64,000 bases of DNA from a virus. The stretch is from positions 3,751 through 67,750 of the IMG/VR virus record IMGVR_UViG_3300045282_000083, one strand, 5' to 3'. Both the position numbers and the translations under genes were made by a program. Position 1 is the first letter of the stretch. Every line of letters begins with the position of its first letter. Shown here piece by piece: positions 59,089 to 64,000 of this stretch. Below the pieces are notes generated by a model. The model had not been told where the DNA came from and did not search any database. It saw only the letters and a list, made by a program, of their open reading frames with translations.

Positions 59089-59471
59089 ACTGCCACCGCC
59101 TCTCTAATGTGAGATTCCATGGGTCCAAGAATGTCATTGTCAATCCACTCGACAAGGACTTCCAAATTGTAAAACACGAAGATGCCGTGCTCCATAGCGA
59201 AGTTGTACTCTTCCCGCGCGCCTTTAGAACGCTCCCAGCCGTCCAAGAGAAACACCGCATCGCAGCGACGTATCATTTCCAGATCGCCCGCAATGAACTC
59301 GTCGTGGGTAAGCGCTCCTCCCCAATGCGCCGTGTTCTTGTGCGGACAAATCGCCGCCGCCCTGGTTGTTTTCCAAATCTCCAAAGCCGCCGCTTCGGCT
59401 TTGGCGATGTTCAGCTGTACTTCGTATTCGGTTGGTGCCGAATACGGACCCGCAACGTAAATTAGCTTCAT
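59085..59471 (-). CDS. Nucleoside 2-deoxyribosyltransferase-like (DUF4406/DUF1937-like) protein
   Basis: IYVAGPYS, CPH, RCDAVFLLDGWERSKGAREE. Confidence 0.8.
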   Translation of the reverse strand: MKLIYVAGPYSAPTEYEVQLNIAKAEAAALEIWKTTRAAAICPHKNTAHWGGALTHDEFIAGDLEMIRRCDAVFLLDGWERSKGAREEYNFAMEHGIFVFYNLEVLVEWIDNDILGPMESHIREAVAV

Positions 59472-59746
59472 TCTTCCTCCGAGAGATAGGATTCCTTCAC
59501 ACGATCAACGATCTTATCAAATCCGTACACCATGCACACGGCAAGAATGTTCACTAACGGGTCGAAAGTCGAGTTGATGTAGAAGGCGTGCGCCATGTCC
59601 TTAAGCGCGTACATTGCGCTATTGAAGACTTCCGGTTCATCCTTGGACAATCGGATCATGTTTTGAAACAAATCTTCAAACACCTGGTCATTGCTGGCCG
59701 CAATCGCCGCGTTCTCTACGCTGGCCATATTTTCTTCAAACGTCAT
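59468..59746 (-). CDS. Hypothetical acidic protein
   Basis: AGGAGG SD. Confidence 0.6.
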   Translation of the reverse strand: MTFEENMASVENAAIAASNDQVFEDLFQNMIRLSKDEPEVFNSAMYALKDMAHAFYINSTFDPLVNILAVCMVYGFDKIVDRVKESYLSEEE

Positions 59747-60004
59747 TTAGCCTCCTAGGCACAACCACAGTGCCGTTCCGAGACAGGCCCCCAGAGCAGT
59801 GGATAGCGTTATCCAAGCCCTACTCCGGAAGTCCTTATGCTCTACAAAACAATGATGCCACATGAAACCAAGTGCGTACAGCCCAACTAGAGTGGTGACT
59901 GCCCCAACCATCTTGCGATCTCCGCAAGCTTGGATGTGCCAAGTCTGTAGAAGATCGTAGGCCAGGCCCTGGAGGAAAATCGCTATGCATTGCCTCCACA
60001 GCAT
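59747..60004 (-). CDS. Small membrane protein (about 3 TM helices)
   Basis: Three hydrophobic segments. Confidence 0.6.
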   Translation of the reverse strand: MLWRQCIAIFLQGLAYDLLQTWHIQACGDRKMVGAVTTLVGLYALGFMWHHCFVEHKDFRSRAWITLSTALGACLGTALWLCLGG

Positions 60005-60053
60005 GGCCTACCTCTTTTGTATGGATTTGCTCAACAGAGTCAAGCAGATTTGA

Positions 60054-60266
60054 TCATTTTTTGCAACAATCTTTCCCGGTTTTGCAAGTGCAATTTGGGC
60101 AGAAGCATTCTCCGCCAGAGGTGCAGTCGCAAACTCCATTGGCGCAATTGCAGGACAGGGCGCACGGCGTGGCGTGATTAACAGCCATGGTGGCTCCTGC
60201 CAAGATGGCCAGGCCGATAAAACAGCCGAGGAAAAGAAACGCACAATCGGTCAGAATGGTTTTCAT
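60054..60266 (-). CDS. Signal/anchor plus metallothionein-like Cys-rich peptide
   Basis: 11 Cys in the last 36 residues (CxC repeats, CC end); GGAG SD. Confidence 0.7.
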   Translation of the reverse strand: MKTILTDCAFLFLGCFIGLAILAGATMAVNHATPCALSCNCANGVCDCTSGGECFCPNCTCKTGKDCCKK

Positions 60267-60280
60267 ATTTTCTCCAGGGC

Positions 60281-60321
60281 AAAAAGAAAGCCCGGCAACC
60301 TTGGCAGGCAGCCGGGCAAAA
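60281..60321 (-). terminator. Intrinsic terminator
   Basis: GCCCGGC stem pair followed by TTTCTTTTT on the minus strand. Confidence 0.7.
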
Positions 60322-60330
60322 TGAATCAGA

Positions 60331-60621
60331 TTATGGATGCGGATAGGCGCAGTTAAAATACGCCGTCAAGGCGGCTAGCAACGCGGTCGGATTGCTGATA
60401 CCGGCCACGATAAGAGGCAACACCTGAAATAGGCACGGCCAATTAATGATGCCGCCAAACTCAAGCACAACGGTTTCCACGCCGCGAACCAATTCCAGGA
60501 CTCTTTGTTGCGACAAGTTGTCAATCGCGGCCATCTGGCTGTCGAAGCTGGCCTTGAGATTGTCCGGAACGCTGCCACGGATTTGTTGGAGCAAGATTGC
60601 GGTGGATGTGAAATTCTGCAT
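60331..60621 (-). CDS. Hypothetical protein with hydrophobic C-terminus
   Basis: AAGGAG SD. Confidence 0.6.
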   Translation of the reverse strand: MQNFTSTAILLQQIRGSVPDNLKASFDSQMAAIDNLSQQRVLELVRGVETVVLEFGGIINWPCLFQVLPLIVAGISNPTALLAALTAYFNCAYPHP

Positions 60622-60640
60622 AGATTTCTCCTTGAAAGTT

Positions 60641-62080
60641 TTATCGACGTAGGCGGAATAAACCCTGCCTCTGATTAGGCACTTCGTAGGTCTGTACTTC
60701 GTACGACTGCACTGAGCAAGCCCCATTGGCACAGGCGCCGCTGGTCGGCATGGTTGTCACGGTTGGCACTGTGGTCGGAACAACCGTAGGAACAACCTTA
60801 GCGACCTTGGCAGTTGGCCGATGGCTGATAGTGCCGGTTAGTGTCTGGGCAGGAATAGTGCCGACAAACGTCTGCCCTAATCCGGTGATGGTGATTTGCT
60901 GAGCCGGAAACCGTAGGGTAACATCGCTAGATACGCCGGCTGGCTGGACTGTCTCAACCGATGCCTGAATATCTACTGGCTTCTGGTCAGCATTGGCTAT
61001 AGCTTGGGCAGCTGCTTCTGCCAACGCCTGAGTTGCGTATCCGGATGTATTGCCAACGACAACTTGGCCCTCATAGAGAAAGAACACGGACCCAAGAGGT
61101 GGCGGAGGAGGTGGTGGAGGTGGAGGGGGCGGGGGAGGAGGACCGGCCGGAGGGAATGCGCTGATGACGCTCGCAGGGATTGTGTTACCCCCCATGCTGA
61201 CCCACGTCGCCGCCTGAGTGGTAATGTGCCTTCCGTGCGAATCGTAGCCGGTTTTAGGATCGAACTGCACGGGAGAAAATACCACGAAGTAAGACGGCTC
61301 CACGCTGGCCACAAAGCTTTGCGATACTTCGGCCCAGCCGCCCCACGTCCACAAAGTGTAGTTTCCATCCTTGGTGATATCAGTAATCGTGGTGTAGTGA
61401 CCGTTGTTTGGGTTGGGCCTCATAGGCTGGAGATAGCTTTGTCCGCTCTCGAAATTGCTGATAAAAGCATCGGGAACAGACCACGCCAATTGGAGGCAAT
61501 AGAATTGGTCCAAGCAATATTGGACAAGCTGAACGTCGTTGGGATCAACGTCCATTGACGACACAGCGACTGCCGATTTATTGCCGGCCACGCCCACGGT
61601 GAAACACCCGTTCGGTCCAACCTCCATGTCTTCGTCCATGCCATTATCGCCGCCAGAGATTTGCAGATACTGTTTGAGAATCTGCTGATCTGTATACATG
61701 ATTTCGGGGCGGGTGCCTTGGGCATAACTCAATGCGCCAATAGTATGCGCCGCCATAGCCAGTCCGCAGTCTCCATACTGATCGTTGGCATACATCGGCA
61801 TTGCCACTTTGCGGTTGTTAGTGCCATCGACAGGCAGGACTGTCAGCGGCGCGCCACGGTTGGCGAGCACGGCTTTGCGCAACTGGACCGTGCCGCGCAA
61901 TGAATCTCGCTTAGTGAAATAGGCGAATCCGCCAGTCTTTGGGAGCGGAACCTTTCTTACAGTGGCGGTTTTGCCGGGGGGATCAGCTTTTTCAGGCTGT
62001 CCAGTCAACACAAGCGGCGTCAAAACGAGCAGGATGCCACCAAGAGCCGTGGCGCCCAGACCGATAACGAAACGTTTCAT
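60641..62080 (-). CDS. Secreted papain-like cysteine peptidase (candidate lysis enzyme)
   Basis: Signal/TM segment, NDQYGDC, NGHY, TWG motifs; Pro15 linker. Confidence 0.7.
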   Translation of the reverse strand: MKRFVIGLGATALGGILLVLTPLVLTGQPEKADPPGKTATVRKVPLPKTGGFAYFTKRDSLRGTVQLRKAVLANRGAPLTVLPVDGTNNRKVAMPMYANDQYGDCGLAMAAHTIGALSYAQGTRPEIMYTDQQILKQYLQISGGDNGMDEDMEVGPNGCFTVGVAGNKSAVAVSSMDVDPNDVQLVQYCLDQFYCLQLAWSVPDAFISNFESGQSYLQPMRPNPNNGHYTTITDITKDGNYTLWTWGGWAEVSQSFVASVEPSYFVVFSPVQFDPKTGYDSHGRHITTQAATWVSMGGNTIPASVISAFPPAGPPPPPPPPPPPPPPPLGSVFFLYEGQVVVGNTSGYATQALAEAAAQAIANADQKPVDIQASVETVQPAGVSSDVTLRFPAQQITITGLGQTFVGTIPAQTLTGTISHRPTAKVAKVVPTVVPTTVPTVTTMPTSGACANGACSVQSYEVQTYEVPNQRQGLFRLRR

Positions 62081-62089
62081 GAAATCTCC

Positions 62090-62197
62090 TTAAGACCTGG
62101 CGATTAGTGCGCCAATAAAATGCAACACGGCCTGGGCAACAAAGAATCCCATGCCAAAAAACAATCCAAACAGAAAGTCCTCTATGGCTTTTGCCAT
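62090..62197 (-). CDS. 35-aa hydrophobic peptide, not in the ORF track
   Basis: AGGAG SD; MAKAIEDFLFGLFFGMGFFVAQAVLHFIGALIARS. Confidence 0.6.
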   Translation of the reverse strand: MAKAIEDFLFGLFFGMGFFVAQAVLHFIGALIARS

Positions 62198-62205
62198 GAT
62201 ATCTC

Positions 62206-62638
62206 CTAGGTTTGCAAAGCAAGTTGCCAACTGTTAACGACAAACTGGCCATCGGCAAGCTTTTCGCCTGTCAGCGCCACTAGCTGGTCTGAATCAATAA
62301 CAGGTGCCATGGCCTTCCTCTGCTCTGGTGTCAGAACCAGGAAGAAGGTGGCTCCTGTGCGCGTCGTCGCCTTTACCGATACGTCCTTGAATGGCGCGGT
62401 TAGGACGGCCGTTATTCTATTTTTGCCCATGTCTGCTGGTCCCAGTGGCCGGTGGTTGCAACACGTTGCTATACAGGGCGACTTCGTGAGCCTGTAGAAC
62501 CCGGTCGCCTGGACAGATATTTACGTGATCGCCGCAGAAATCGGCGAAATAAAAGCCCCCCGCGAGGGTTTCGCCAACCGGAACTACGCCGCCGTAATTC
62601 CATGTGTCTGGGGGCAACGGACCTTTTTTCCAAGCCAT
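62206..62638 (-). other. Two small hypothetical ORFs (62638 and 62430)
   Basis: Overlapping chain; AAGGAG SD on the first. Confidence 0.55.
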
Positions 62639-62760
62639 GACTTACTCCTTGTGATGAGTGCGATGCATGCGCCAGCCTCTCATACACCTGCTGCAAATTT
62701 TGTGGCTAGACAGCATTACTCGCCTGCCACAATTGATACAGATTCCTCGACGGTCTGGGA

Positions 62761-62982
62761 TTAGATCTTCCGTTTTTTTTCGTCTTCTCCTCCCTGGAAG
62801 AGGCCCCTGGCGTACGACTCCTTGGCAGTAGCTGCCACCAGAGCGTCCTTCATGGAGTTGGTCGCCACCTCAACTTTGGTGATTAATGCGTGACTTCGAA
62901 TAGTCACAATCAAGTTGCTGAGGGCAATGATAGTGGCCGGCAATGCGCCGATCAGCGCCAGAATGATTGTCGTTGCATCCAT
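62761..62982 (-). CDS. Holin-like single-TM protein
   Basis: N-terminal TM helix, amphipathic helix and basic C-terminus. Confidence 0.55.
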   Translation of the reverse strand: MDATTIILALIGALPATIIALSNLIVTIRSHALITKVEVATNSMKDALVAATAKESYARGLFQGGEDEKKRKI

Positions 62983-62994
62983 GTTTCCTCCTGG

Positions 62995-63291
62995 TTAGCG
63001 CCCAAAAATCCGGTAGCCCAATCGTGGCGTCAGCGGCTGCCACGCCGGAACGTCCCTCTGGAGCCATCGACTGCCTTGATAGTTGTAATACGTATACGGA
63101 ACGTAATAGGTACTTGGCACGTAATATGTGCTGGGCACATAATAGGTGCTTGGTGCGTAATAATCGTAATACTGATACGTCACCGGATTGCCGTATACCG
63201 GGGAGCTAACGGGCTGGTTGCGCCAAAATCGGTGCTGCGCCATAGCCACTGTGGGGAGAAACAATAGGCAGGCCGCGATAATCCACTTCAT
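62995..63291 (-). CDS. Secreted Tyr-rich peptide with YYxPST repeats
   Basis: Signal peptide ending AMA; 18-bp tandem unit; ends RIFGR. Confidence 0.7.
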   Translation of the reverse strand: MKWIIAACLLFLPTVAMAQHRFWRNQPVSSPVYGNPVTYQYYDYYAPSTYYVPSTYYVPSTYYVPYTYYNYQGSRWLQRDVPAWQPLTPRLGYRIFGR

Positions 63292-63329
63292 AATTCACCT
63301 TTTCTCTTGAATTACGGTCCATTTGTCCC

Positions 63330-63429
63330 ATTCTACCAGACTTGACCCCCAAAAGTCAACTTATTTTTGGGAAAAATCTCGAAAATGTCGAAAATTATAT
63401 TGACACCGATACTATAAACATGGTATTCT
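63330..63429. promoter_or_regulatory. Divergent promoter pair (lysis-like block versus capsid operon)
   Basis: Minus strand TTGACT-18-TAGAAT (63359-63330); plus strand TTGACA-18-TATTCT (63400-63429). Confidence 0.75.
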
Positions 63430-63466
63430 GTCTACCTGGTCGATTATTCACTCCCGGAACCAAAAT

Positions 63467-64000
63467 ATGCGATTCGCGAAAGACATCTTTGTTTATAGCC
63501 CCGACGAGCCGACAGGCGGAACCCCTGCCGCTGTTCCAGCGTCTACGCCCTCCGTTACGCCCGCAGCGCCGGCGCAGCCGGAGCCGACTCCGGCTGCGTC
63601 TCCTCAAGCCTCCACTTCGGCTGGCGGCGCGCCCGCTGGGGTGTCTCCCCCAGCGGCGCCAGCTTCTTGGTTGGAGTCGTTCAACAAGGAAGGCTTCCAG
63701 GAAAAGGACGAGGCGAAGGCAAGACAGCAACTCTTGCAGTCTTACCGAGACGCCGAGCGCCTCAAGCCTCTCGCTCCCGCCCTTTCCGCCTATCAGCAGC
63801 ACGCCCAAGAATTCCACAAATGGCTGGAATCCCAGCAGAAGCAACCCCCGGCTCAGGCTGATTGGACCGCCTCTCTGGGCTGGAACCCGCCTCAGTGGGA
63901 TAACTCCTGGCAGCAGCAGTTGACTACGGATGCTCAGGGCAATATTGTTCCTGTTCCTGGCGCTCCTGCTGACCTGGTGCACAAGTATCAAGCATACACC
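63467..64000 (+). CDS. Capsid scaffolding-like protein, 5' part (runs off the window; not in the ORF track)
   Basis: 178 open codons: MRFAKDIFVYSPDEPTGG, a Pro/Ala-rich linker, then a helical region with WNPPQW; first gene after the late promoter. Confidence 0.7.
   Translation, partial: MRFAKDIFVYSPDEPTGGTPAAVPASTPSVTPAAPAQPEPTPAASPQASTSAGGAPAGVSPPAAPASWLESFNKEGFQEKDEAKARQQLLQSYRDAERLKPLAPALSAYQQHAQEFHKWLESQQKQPPAQADWTASLGWNPPQWDNSWQQQLTTDAQGNIVPVPGAPADLVHKYQAYT

Noticed and set aside
63342-63991. ORF-track calls 63342-63923 (+) and 63395-63991 (-)
   Set aside because: Shadow frames of the Pro/Ala-rich scaffold ORF starting at 63467; both overlap the promoter.
1-64000. Alternative genetic code (stop reassignment)
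   Set aside because: Long genes are intact under code 11, and TAA, TAG and TGA all serve as coupled stops.

Overview
This window looks like almost a whole genome of a tailed dsDNA phage with podovirus-like virion genes. It opens just after the capsid module and ends inside a scaffold-like gene, so on a circular map probably only the rest of the scaffold, the major capsid gene and an endonuclease are missing (inference). The plus-strand arm (1-34.6 kb, plus 63.4 kb to the end) is morphogenesis: decoration-like proteins, an FkbM methyltransferase with a glycosyltransferase-like gene, terminase, portal, adaptor, nozzle, fibre and LamG proteins, ejection proteins and homing endonucleases. The minus-strand arm (34.3-63.3 kb) holds early genes behind several sigma70 promoters, an amidoligase/glutamine amidotransferase/ATP-grasp cluster, a serine recombinase, an SF2 helicase, nucleotide-handling enzymes and a lysis-like block with a secreted papain-like protease. 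Secreted Tyr-rich and Cys-rich peptides suggest a Planctomycetota host (inference). I found no DNA polymerase, primase or replication initiator. The strongest unexplained signals are: (1) a ~280-nt highly structured ncRNA with its own promoter, followed by a CG-depleted tract, a candidate RNA-primed origin; (2) four coupled small basic ORFs sharing only a C-terminal K-x-G-K-G-L-[RK] motif; (3) a family of CCCA-loop hairpins before early genes; (4) paralogous micro-proteins flanking the ATP-grasp gene; (5) a modular PWF/GRRPERP tether motif in tail proteins; and (6) a candidate +1 frameshift and ATT starts. All family calls come from reading motifs by eye; no database searches were run.
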